64,000 nt of DNA from Octopus sinensis (GCF_006345805.1 NC_042999.1:123504001-123568000), one strand, 5' to 3'. Counted from the stretch's first letter, positions 39,464-50,289 are shown. Notes: generated from the sequence alone by a model not told the origin. Numbers and translations: made by a program.

Positions 39464-39465
<2 letters not shown>

Positions 39466-39548
<83 letters not shown>

Positions 39549-39549
39549 T

Positions 39550-39621
<72 letters not shown>

Positions 39622-39645
39622 ATATTTATATATATATATATATAT

Positions 39646-39698
<53 letters not shown>

Positions 39699-39721
39699 AT
39701 ATATATATATCTATATATATA

Positions 39722-39774
<53 letters not shown>

Positions 39775-39789
39775 TTATTATATATTATA

Positions 39790-39826
<37 letters not shown>

Positions 39827-39843
39827 ATATATATATATATTAT
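39466..39843. repeat. Imperfect (TA)n tract, ~380 bp
   Basis: Read directly; produces the spurious YI-repeat ORFs in the track. Confidence 0.98.
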
Positions 39844-39844
39844 T

Positions 39845-40206
39845 ACGGCACTCCATTGGTTACGACGATGAGGGTTCCAGTTGATCCAATCAACGGAACA
39901 GCCTGCTTGTGAAATTAACGTGCATATGGCTGAGCACTCCAAAGACGTGTACCCTTTACGTAGTTCTCGGGGAGATTCAGGGTGACAGGGTGTGACAAAG
40001 CTGGCCCTTTAAAATACAGGTACAACAGAAACAGGAAGAAAGAGAGAGAGAAAGTTGTGGTGAAAGAGTACAGCAGGGTTCGCCACCAACCCCTGCTGGA
40101 GCCTCGTGGAGCTTTATATGTTTTCGCTCAATAAACACTCACAACGCCTGGTCTGGGAATCGAAACTGCGATCCTGACTGCGAGTCTGCTGCCCTAACCA
40201 CTGGGC

Positions 40207-40208
<2 letters not shown>
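39845..40208 (-). mobile_element. tRNA-derived SINE family C
   Basis: Minus strand begins atgcccagtggttagggcagcagactc..gtttcgattcccagacc (A and B boxes). Confidence 0.75.
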
Positions 40209-40242
<34 letters not shown>

Positions 40243-40471
40243 TGTGTGTGTATACAATAAATGAATTGAATTGAAAAAATATCCGGTATTGTGTATGTGA
40301 TAATTTAAAGTTTCCACGGTGTAAAGCAGAAATAATATATTAATTATAAGATAAGTTCATAGTTGTTACAAGCAGAACACGCAGAAAACGTGAGAACACA
40401 AGGCAGTTCTATGTAGCAGCTGAAGTCACATTCACTTCGTAACTTCTAGGAAGCTTTGGCAGAACTATTTT

Positions 40472-42174
40472 ATTTCTTTATTACCCACTAGGGGCCACGA
40501 AGAGGGAACATTACAAAACATGGGGGACATACAACAATGCGATTAAAATTATGATTAAATGAATGTTAAAATGAAAAAATGATAACATGAAAGCGATGCT
40601 AACGGCCCCCTCCTCCAGCATCACTTACCTTTCCGTTTCCTATTACGATTCCAAAGTCTTTCACCTCACCTTTCATTTCTCTCTCATACCTCTCTATCAT
40701 ATCATCCTTCATATATGCTGAAAAACAATTTATACGTAGTTCATTACACTTGCTCATCAAAGAGCCCATAAGTTCAAAATCGAACACCGCATAGCTTCCG
40801 TCCTCATACTCCTGCCATACATTGTCTTCAAAAAGCCTTCTTGCGTTCTCTGTATCCCCCTTTCTCACAACACATAAAAAGTAGGACTGGGCCTTTGTAT
40901 GTTCTGTGTGTCTGTTTTCGTTTTTCTTGTAGGCGAGGAGTGGGTGGGATTGCTGTTTGCAGGGGCAGGATGGGTCTCCAAGGGTGTGGGTGGTGTTGGG
41001 GTGGGTTGGGGCTTCGCACAGTTTTTCCTTTTCTTTCCTTTTCTCTTCTTTCTGCCCTCCTCACACTCTTTTTGCATCTCCTCCTCCTCTGTCGTTTCCC
41101 TTTCCGTCTGCTTCTCTTTAATTTCTTCCTTTTTTGGGGCCTCCTCTTTTGGAGCTTCCTCAACGATTTCCTTTTCTCTTGGTGGGGGAGGGCAGAAGGC
41201 TCTTATGTGGCCCCTCAGGCCACACTTGTAACAACGTGGAGCTCTGCCCTCCACCCACACTCTCATAATCACGTCTCCCAATTTAATGTTCTCCGCCAGG
41301 TCCACCAGTACCTCGCTCTCCGCCTGCACGTTCAGCTCCACTGTTACGCCTCTCCAGCCCTCGGTCCTGACCGAGGCATGGAGAATATCCACTTTCTCCT
41401 CGTGGCCGCTGATTACAGCCGCCACAATCCATTCAGCCTCAACGTTTGGTGGCACTCCCTCCACCCTTACTCGTGTAATCCTTCTATTCAAGTACATAGG
41501 TAAAAGTGTTACCTTTTCTGACTTCACCGCCTTCACCGCCATCTTCCTCGCTGCAGTCTCACTTTTAAAATGTACCACTACAGTACCGTACTTCGATCCT
41601 CGAGTCAGAAAAATGATTTCCTCCTCCGATTTTCTCAGGGCCTCCTCTATCCATTCCATGTTTACGATCTCTATTTTCTTTCTTTCGTTCACGAACACCC
41701 TGTAAATTATGGTCCTCTTATTGTACCATTCCTTTCTCTTTGGTGGTGGTTCCAGTTCCACCTCGCCGCTGTCCTTCCTCATATACCTCTGGAAACCTGG
41801 CAATTTTTCTAGGTTTATTTCTTTTTCCTGTTCCGTCTTCTTTTTTGCAACTCCTGCGTACGTTTTCCTGTTTTTTATCTCCACATTATTTACATCACCG
41901 ATTTGCTCGTCTTCAGAGTTCGATGTCTCCGACAAGCTCTCAAATATCCATTCTTCCTCCGACTCCTCCACTAGGGAGTGGTCATCCATCTCCTCCCGCC
42001 TGACAGGCCAAAACGGCCGTCAAAACAGAAAAAGTGTAACGCGCAGAACCAGCGGAACGCGAAACCGCTTTAACGCCGTTCGAAATTTCCACAACAACAA
42101 CAACGCTTTTTGTTCTTTTTTACCGAATTTTCAGGAGCCGAAAAAACCACAACCGACCAAATTGATTTCTTTAT
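40472..42174 (-). mobile_element. ORF1-only Tx1-like non-autonomous retroelement (HAL1-like architecture)
   Basis: 12-bp TSD CAGAACTATTTT (40460-40471 / 42175-42186); CpG-rich 5' UTR; ORF1; 3' end TAATAAAGAAAT; no APE or RT. Confidence 0.85.
40865..41989 (-). CDS. Tx1-type ORF1 protein with CCHC knuckle (374 aa; ~460 aa if joined to 40599-40868 by one base)
   Basis: PRCYKCGLRGHIRAFC; collinear homology with ORF1 at 24948-26384 (LEPP/LVPP, IIYRV/VIYKV, LLPMY/LLPSY, VEGR.PRC). Confidence 0.88.
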   Translation of the reverse strand: MDDHSLVEESEEEWIFESLSETSNSEDEQIGDVNNVEIKNRKTYAGVAKKKTEQEKEINLEKLPGFQRYMRKDSGEVELEPPPKRKEWYNKRTIIYRVFVNERKKIEIVNMEWIEEALRKSEEEIIFLTRGSKYGTVVVHFKSETAARKMAVKAVKSEKVTLLPMYLNRRITRVRVEGVPPNVEAEWIVAAVISGHEEKVDILHASVRTEGWRGVTVELNVQAESEVLVDLAENIKLGDVIMRVWVEGRAPRCYKCGLRGHIRAFCPPPPREKEIVEEAPKEEAPKKEEIKEKQTERETTEEEEMQKECEEGRKKRKGKKRKNCAKPQPTPTPPTPLETHPAPANSNPTHSSPTRKTKTDTQNIQRPSPTFYVL

Positions 42175-42863
42175 CAGAACTATTTTGCAGAAGTTCCACA
42201 TGACTTTCTTTTAAGTATAACACTTTATTGGTAGCAGCCAATGATAACTGGTCAAACTATATTTACATAAGCATTTGTAAGAATTAGCACTTCCTTCTCA
42301 AAGCTTGGATTCGAAATCAGACCCAAGAATCATTGGTCGTAAAATACCAATGCACAAAAAGGCGCGAAATCAGAATCTCTTTGTTCTGACAAAAAAATGA
42401 TGGATCGTCTCCCTTCGACCTCTGACCCGAGCAGGTCAGGCGAAGTTTAACAGGACGACCAGCGACCTACTGTACGCAATAACACTCTTGCGGTATATCT
42501 ATTTTTCTGGCTATTTGAGATGTTATAAATAGAACGGAGAAATAGGTATCTGGAGAGAAGCCGAACCAACGTTTAAGAGAACGTCACGCATTTATGAGGA
42601 CGACGAAAGAATATTCAGAAAGGTGACTCTGTACTGCATGATTTACACACACACACACACACACACCATCAAACATATTCTGCTTTAATGTGTATCCTGT
42701 ATTATGCATTCCTTTAATATGTATTATTTGCAACCACTATTTAATATGCATTTTGTACAAGCGATGTGTAACATTGCTTACAAATTGATGTAGTGATAAT
42801 AAATCTTTAATTTATTACAAAGCACTTATGTATTTATTAATACATCCACGCATCCACTACATT

Positions 42864-42874
42864 TGGTGACCCCG
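42864..42874 (+). promoter_or_regulatory. Primer-binding site, tRNA-Trp type
   Basis: TGGTGACCCCG immediately after the 5' LTR, complementary to the ..CGGGGUCACCA 3' end of tRNA-Trp. Confidence 0.8.
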
Positions 42875-42931
42875 TAACGAATCGCGCTTTCCCTGGAACC
42901 AGCTTCATCAACCGCGTCGAAGAATTACAGT

Positions 42932-43851
42932 TTGCACATCACCAGCAACGAAGCAACTGAAAATTCCGACAAAAACAATGAATCTCCGGAACAAAACCCA
43001 GCGGCCAACATCGACATGGCATTCCAAGCGGCGATCTCGTTAAAAATTCCACCATTCTGGACCCACGACCCGACATTGTGGTTTCACCATATAGAGGCAC
43101 AGTTTGCCTCTCACAGAATATCGAGCGATGCGGCTCGACTTTCTCACGTTATCAGTTCTCTGTCACCAGAAATAACGAACGTGATACGCGACCTTATCAT
43201 GGCACCACCCGGTTCTGTTTCATATGAAGTTTTTAAAACCACGTTAATAAACAGAACCTCAGAATCCCAACAAAAAAGACTTCACCAGCTTCTGATATCG
43301 GAAGAATTGGGTGACAAAACGCCGTCCCAGCTTCTTCGGAGAATGAAACAGCTTCTCGGAGATGAGACGCTCCCAGAAAAAATCTTCAAGCAACTTTTTC
43401 TCCAGCGTCTGCCCTCCAATACCCAGGTTGTTCTCGCGTCCACCAGAGAAAAACATCCCTTGAAGAACTGGCGGAGCTAGCTGACAAAATAGCCGAAGTA
43501 CCGCACAGATATCCAACGGTATCGACGGTGACGCCAGCCGCTCCCAGTACCAATCCTTTCCGTGCACAAACCAGTTCTTCAGAGATTTCGGATTTGCGTG
43601 CATTAATGACGCAGCAAGCTGCGCAAATACAAATTCTCACAGCCCAAATACAAGCCCTAAAGTTTAGTCCCCAGCGTCGAAGCACCAGCCGATCTCGACG
43701 AGATGGCAGACGGTCTCGAAGCCCCAGTGCTACCCGAAACTCACATGACACGTGTTGGTACCACCGAACATTCGGAACACGGGCACAAAAATGTACGGTA
43801 CCGTGCTCGTTTTCCTCACCCAGTTCGGGAAACGGCACAGCCAGGAACTGA
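42932..43851 (+). pseudogene. gag: gypsy gag (one frameshift ~43470)
   Basis: KIPPFW..P.LWF..IEAQF, ELGDKTPSQLLRRM, CWYHRTFGTRAQKCTVPC. Confidence 0.9.
43827..43833 (+). promoter_or_regulatory. -1 ribosomal frameshift slippery heptamer G GGA AAC at the gag-pol overlap
   Basis: X XXY YYZ pattern in the gag frame; the -1 frame continues into the protease (FLVDTGAEVS). Confidence 0.7.
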
Positions 43852-46800
43852 ACGCGACGGAAGTCCTGGTTCGCACCCACACAGTCGCCTGTTTTTCGTT
43901 TGCGATCGTGTAACAGGCACGCGTTTCCTGGTTGACACAGGTGCGGAAGTCAGCATCATCCCAGTCTCCAACACTTCTGGAAAAAGAAAAGAGACATCAG
44001 TCTGTCTTCAGGCAGTCAACCATTCACCCATTCCAACCTACGGTGAACAGTCCCTAACATTAAACATAGGACTACGCCGCACATTTCAGTGGGTATTCGT
44101 CGTCGCTAACTAAACCGACCCCTATCTTAGGAGCCGATTTCCTGCATCATTTCGGTCTCCTGGTAGACATAAAGAACAGACGACTTGTCGACACCACCAC
44201 CAAGCTTACTGTGCGCGGTATAGCCGCTCGAATGGACACAGTCAGCCCAACTGTAATGCTTACGACAACGACTCGTCACAGTTCCATCCTGAATGATTAT
44301 CCAGATGTCGCCCGGCCAGTTTTTCATAACCAGCCGATAAAGCACGACGTTACCCACCACATCAAAACCAGCGGTCCACCTGTTGCTGCAAGGCCCAGAA
44401 GGTTACCACCTGATCGTCTCCAGGCCGTCAAGCGGGAATTCCAGCACATGCTCGACCTCGGAATCATCCGCGTTTCCAGCAGCAACTGGTCCTCGCCGAT
44501 ACACTGCGTCCCAAAAATCATCGACCGATTGGCGGGTTTGCGGCGATTATCGATCACTGAATAAAAGCACTATCAGTGATGCCTATCCGGTGCCTTTTCT
44601 TCAGGACTTTTCGAGCTCGCTGCATGGAGCTCGCATCTTTTCAAAAATCGACCTGGTGCGAGCATACAACCAAATCCCAGTCGAACCTGCAGACATCTCA
44701 AAGACAGCAGTGACTACACCTTTCGGAATGTTTGAATTCCTGCGTATGCCTTTCGGTTTACGAAACGCGGCACAGACATTCCAAAGGTTTATCGACATGG
44801 TGACTAGAGGTTTGCCTTTCGTCTATGCCTACATAGACGACATACTCGTGGCCAGTAACTCGGACGAAGAGCATAATCAACACCTTCACCTGCTATTCGA
44901 ACGTTTACGTAAATTCGGAATTGTTATCAACCCTACTAAATTTGTGTTCGGAGTTGTTTCCCTTCATTTTCTCGGCCATATAGTCGATAAAAATGGAATT
45001 CGTCCCCTTCCCGAGAAAGTCAAGGCCATCGTGGATTTTCCACCACCCACATCTCTCCGCAAATTAAGGAATATCTCGGTCTAGCGAATTTCTATCGACG
45101 GTTCGTGCCCCACCTCGCTGAAATAGCGCAACCGCTCACGGATTTGCTACGTCAGCGAACCTGCAAAAACGCAGATATAGCTCTGACCGAAGATCAACTC
45201 GTTTCTTTCGCTGCCCTGAAAAAAGCGTTATCTAGCGCTACCATGTTGGTTTATCCAAAACCAGACGCCCCACGATGTTTACTCGTTGATGCATCCGATT
45301 CCGGAATCGGAGGTGTGCTACAACAGCTTGTTGACGGTATATGGCAACCGTTGTCTTTCTTTTCTAAGCGGTTAAAACCCGCGGAAACCAAATACAGCAC
45401 ATTCAGTCGGGAATTATTGGCGGCATACCTGGCCGTTAAGCATTTCCGTCATATGCTAGAAGGTACCAATTTTGCCATATATACCGACCACAAGCCATTA
45501 GTATACGCATTTAACACCAAACCGGATCGCCATTCGCCGAGAGAAATTCGTCACCTCGACTTCATATCGCAGTACACGACGGATATACGCCACATCAAAG
45601 GGACGACCAACGTGGCAGCCGATGCACTTTCACGTGCGCAGATCAATGCTATCCACACCACGTCTACAATTGATCTGGCACGTATAGCAGCTGACCAGGA
45701 GAATGACGAAGAACTTCTAAAGCTCCGGAATTCGTCATCTCTGAAATTTCAGCATGTTCCACTACCATCATCCACAGCCCATATTGGTGTGATATTTCCA
45801 CTGGTTACCAACGCCCTTATGTACCACAGAAATATCGTCGAGAAGTTTTCTCCGCTCTACATTCTCTGTCACATCCTGGTATTCGCTCCACTCAAAAGCT
45901 AATATCGACCCGTTTTGTGTGGACCAGTATCAACAAGGATATCAGAGAATGGACCAAGTGCTGTGTTGCGTGCCAAAAAGCGAAAATCCACCGGCACATA
46001 AAATCACCAATCGGTTCATTTTCGCAGCCCGATGCACGATTTCAGCACGTTCACATTGATATCGTTGGACCCCTGCCACCTTCGCAGAACTATTCATATT
46101 TGCTAACTTGCGTAGATAGGTTCTCGCGATGGCCCGAAGCCTGGCCCCTATCTGATATATCAGCAGAAACGGTCGCTAAAACGCTGATATCACAATGGGT
46201 TTCGCGTTTTGGCACACCCGCAACAATTACCACCGACGAGGACGTCAGTTCGATTCCCACCTTTTCACCGAGCTGACTCGTCTCCTCGGGTGTAAACACA
46301 CCCGCACTACAGCTTACCACCCTGCAGCAAATGGCATGGTGGAACGCTTTCACCGCCAACTCAAGGCATCTATAAAAGCAGCTCCAGACAGTCCTCACTG
46401 GTTGGAACATCTCCCTCTCATCCTCCTTGGAATTCGATCCACGATTAAGGAAGAACTGGGATATACTCCGGCCGAACTCGTTTATGGCACAACACTCACC
46501 TTACCTGGGCAGATGATCGAACCTGTTTCACAAAACTTCCCTGACCCACAACAATATGTGCACCGATTACGAACATCCATGTCGCAAGTATCACCCTCAG
46601 GCCCCAGACAACAGAACGTCGTTTCACGTGTCCCAAAAGATATCAACACATGGACTCATGTCTTCGTGAGGAATGATGGGATACCCTCTCAACTTCGACC
46701 ACCATATTCCGGGCCCTACAAGGTCATCAAAAGAGAACCCAAGTATTTCGTCCTCGATATTGGAGGTAAACGAAATACGGTCTCGATTGATCGTTTAAAA

Positions 46801-46989
46801 AAAGCTTTCATCGAGGAGGACTTACATTCAGTCCCCTCTTTTCCTCAAACAGACTCGGCAACTCCAGCGAACACCACAGATGCTGCACAACCCCGACACA
46901 CCAAATCAGGAAGAACAGTTCGATGGCCAGCAAGGTTTGTGCAAGTTTTTCGGGTAAGTTCTGAACTCCTAACGTATCCATCTTCCTAA
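43830..46989 (+). pseudogene. pol: gypsy pol: protease - RT - RNase H - integrase (GPY/F), five frameshifts
   Basis: [78 protein letters not shown]. Confidence 0.95.
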
Positions 46990-47925
46990 TGAACACATAA
47001 CTGCATCACCCACCCAGAGAAATCAAAGAACATTTGTGTACGTAAAGAAAAAAAAAATGAAAACAAAAACTGTCTGTATGAACTTTTACGGAACATTTCA
47101 AAATCGAACTTTGCCGATGAACATTTCTTTCATTTTTGCATGTACATATTTTTTGTTTTCTCTTCAAAATGTTTGCATTCTCATAAATATATTTTTTTGC
47201 TAACTGTATATCCACACACATTTACAAATCTTGTTCTCATGCGTGCTATCACTCGATTTTTTTTTTCGCCACTGAAAGATACCTTGTCTCTATTAGACCT
47301 CTAGTAGGTCGAGTAATCAATAGACGCACATCTCTTTCAACGCGCCAACATAATTCTGCCTGGGCACATATACATATTGTCCACCATATAGCACATACAA
47401 ATTGTAAACCTTTCATCCATATTTTTATCGTTCAATGTGTAAAAAAATTTTTTTTCTACATGCACACAATCAAAAAAAAAAAATAATAATAAAAATAATA
47501 ATAATAATACATTTCCAATATCGTTCGATCTCTGTGGCTTTCTCACTAGAAGGGGGGTAGTGTAAGAATTAGCACTTCCTTCTCAAAGCTTGGATTCGAA
47601 ATCAGACCCAAGAATCATTGGTCGTAAAATACCAATGCACAAAAAGGCGCGAAATCAGAATCTCTTTGTTCTGACAAAAAAATGATGGATCGTCTCCCTT
47701 CGACCTCTGACCCGAGCAGGTCAGGCGAAGTTTAACAGGACGACCAGCGACCTACTGTACGCAATAACACTCTTGCGGTATATCTATTTTTCTGGCTATT
47801 TGAGATGTTATAAATAGAACGGAGAAATAGGTATCTGGAGAGAAGCCGAACCAACGTTTAAGAGAACGTCACGCATTTATGAGGACGACGAAAGAATATT
47901 CAGAAAGGTGACTCTGTACTGCATG

Positions 47926-47957
<32 letters not shown>

Positions 47958-48599
47958 CATCAAACATATTCTGCTTTAATGTGTATCCTGTATTATGCAT
48001 TCCTTTAATATGTATTATTTGCAACCACTATTTAATATGCATTTTGTACAAGCGATGTGTAACATTGCTTACAAATTGATGTAGTGATAATAAATCTTTA
48101 ATTTATTACAAAGCACTTATGTATTTATTAATACATCCACGCATCCACTACACATTCATACCTTTGTATGGTAAAACAATTATTCATACCTGGTCTTGCC
48201 TTTTATGGAAATATTGTTAGGCTGTGATTCTAAACCAGGAAGCTGAGCAAGATGGTTCGAATCTAAGTAAAAGCTTTGCGACAAAGTTTTTAAATAAAGA
48301 CAGTAATTATCATTTTCACATTTGCAATACACGTTTTCATAGATTCTCCTCCAAGACTAAAAGGTCAATAAAATACTTGGCTATTCCACAGCATATATAT
48401 TAAATTATACTAGTAGTATCCCTAACAAGAGATAATTTGGCATCATGAGATATTCTATAAATAGCAGCCAAAAAATGGGAATATAATCCTGAAGACAGAG
48501 GAACATCATTGTATTTTGGTCTACTTTATAAGAGCTAGTCTTAGGTTAAACAATGATGACAATTAGTTGTACGTGTGTGTGTCTATACACACACACACA

Positions 48600-49030
48600 C
48601 ATATATATATATAGTTGAAATTTACAGAAAAACAAAAGACAAAGACTGGTATCTGATACACACACACACACTATATATATATAAAATGAGAAATACACAT
48701 TGTGTACAGTGCATCACCAGCGAGTAAAAGATACGTAAATACACGAGAGAAAAGTACAGGACAAAATACCAAAGGAAGATAATTCCTCATCAGTTGTCGG
48801 ACTGTTTATTACTTCTATTTCATGCTTTTAACGACAATATAGGGAAACTTCATAAGAGAGCAGCATCCAGAAATTTTAAAAATATAAAATTCATGAAGAG
48901 TTTGAGCTTTGAACGAACAAACAACGACAGAATGGACGTACAGGGTAAACAATCAACGAAGACAAACATTAAGGGCCGTTAGGTCAAGACGTTGTGACGA
49001 GTAACACCTGGGCGAAGTTCTTACAGCTAC
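48600..49030 (-). repeat. PLE-like terminal fragment with half a hammerhead core
   Basis: CTGATGA-GGAA ttatc TTCC at 48793-48774, but no following GAAA; flanked by microsatellites. Confidence 0.4.
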
Positions 49031-49122
49031 ACACACACATATATACAAATATATATATATGCAATGGTTTTTGGTAAACAACATCGATTTTTACAATTCT
49101 GTAAATAATAACAATAGTATTT

Positions 49123-49372
49123 ATAAGCTTAAAGCGTATAAGCGATCATCGTGCAATGGCTAAAGAAAATAATCTAATAATGGGGCATATATGGCCTCGA
49201 CGGGGAAAAAGTAGATTTTTCCCATATGCATGAGATGTGTAAAATGTTAGCACACTTATCATGAAAACAAAAAGATGTGGGTTCAAATCCCACACATACT
49301 GGAAAACCTACATTTTTCGTCGAGGGCTTATATGCCCCATTGTTAGAGATCACTTATAAGCTCTAAGCTTAT
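49123..49372. mobile_element. Inverted-repeat element enclosing a tRNA-like A/B-box segment
   Basis: Arms ataagctt..ctaa.aatggggcatata..cctcgacg..gtag.tttt on both sides; GGTTCAAATCC at 49280-49290. Confidence 0.65.
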
Positions 49373-49410
49373 GTATATATGTGTATGTATATATATATAT
49401 ATATATATAT

Positions 49411-49750
49411 ATACATTTAAACATATAAGGGACGGCCATACTAGGACATCCGTGGTGGATTTTGAAAATTTATAGCATATAGACTCGAGGCATGTTTATC
49501 ATCACCTCGTGGATATATGTTAGTCCTTGGCTTTTCTGCTGACGAGGCAACGCCAGTGGTAAATGAATTAATTAAATTAATTTATTTACCTAAGATTGCC
49601 GAAACTATGCATAGTCCAGAAAGGAAAGGGTAAACGTTTTTATTTCTCTTTCCATTTCAGAATTACAACTATTAGTGGTTTGGAGTTTGGCGGCTCTTTC
49701 TAGTGAGTCGGATGTCCTATTATGGCCGTCCCTTATATGTTTGAATGTAT
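49411..49750 (+). mobile_element. 340-bp non-coding element with ~42-bp TIRs carrying a hammerhead ribozyme
   Basis: TIRs 49411-49452 / 49709-49750; TA-rich flanks. Confidence 0.85.
49531..49624 (+). ncRNA. Type I hammerhead ribozyme, canonical core, extended helix II
   Basis: CTTTTCTG-CTGACGA-GGCAA[45-nt insert with AT hairpin]TTGCC-GAAA-CTATGCATAG-T-C-CAGAAAGG; predicted GUC cleavage after 49616. Confidence 0.88.
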
Positions 49751-49843
49751 ATTATATAGTCTATTGACTATTTTTTCTTTCTCACTTGACCGCTGGTAGA
49801 GGAGAATTCTTCTAGAATTTTTTGCTACCCTAAAATTTTTTAA

Positions 49844-49880
<37 letters not shown>

Positions 49881-49884
<4 letters not shown>

Positions 49885-50265
49885 ATACTAAGCAATTAAG
49901 GGTTTAGCAACGAATTGCCTCACCACACACCGAATTTAGAAATAGCAGTCAAAGAGTTATAGCTATTCTTTCTACTAAAAGGGAGATCTCAGTAAAAACA
50001 CAGCACTTGAAACACAGCACCTTTCAAGTGCTGTGTTTTTACTGAGATCTCCCTTTTAGTAGAAAGAATAGCTATAACTTTGACTATAACTATAACTCTT
50101 TGACTGCTATTTCTAAATTCGGTGTGTGGTGAGGCAATTCGTTGCTAAACCCTTAATTGCTTAGTATTACTTAAATTTTCCTCGAATGAGGCTTTTACAT
50201 GCCGAAATCTACTTGGTGTAATTAATAATTATTCCAAATTAATTAATTTCACCCTTTATTGTTAC
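49881..50265. mobile_element. Hairpin element (~132-bp near-perfect arms, 9-nt loop) + ~95-bp one-sided tail
   Basis: 49881-50012 vs 50022-50171 (the right arm carries a short internal duplication); (TA)n on both sides. Confidence 0.85.
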
Positions 50266-50289
50266 TATATATATATATCTCTTTTATTT

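Larger units (their letters stand above)
35751..39465 (+). mobile_element. Penelope-like element (probably Naiad clade) with ~1.03-kb inverted terminal repeats and 73-bp 3' tail, inserted in (TA)n
   Basis: 35751-36790 is the reverse complement of 38367-39392; internal RT + GIY-YIG; tail 39393-39465. Confidence 0.93.
42276..48152 (+). mobile_element. Ty3/gypsy LTR retrotransposon, CsRn1/Boudicca clade, full length
   Basis: LTRs 42276-42861 and 47561-48152 (TG..CA), TSD CATT, PBS TGGTGACCCCG, PPT AGAAGGGGGGTAG, gag CHCC motif, no env. Confidence 0.97.

Noticed and set aside
39365-39912. Long YI/IY-repeat ORFs (also 54112-54392, 55567-56318, 60776-61080)
   Set aside because: Translations of (TA)n/(TG)n microsatellites; no coding evidence.
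21281-48152. Dense young-TE block as a uni-strand piRNA cluster
   Set aside because: Element orientations are mixed, and no small-RNA evidence is available from sequence alone.
50172-50225. TCGAATGA-GGC..GCC-GAAA as a hammerhead
   Set aside because: Non-canonical core and no convincing helix I or III in this copy; needs the family consensus.
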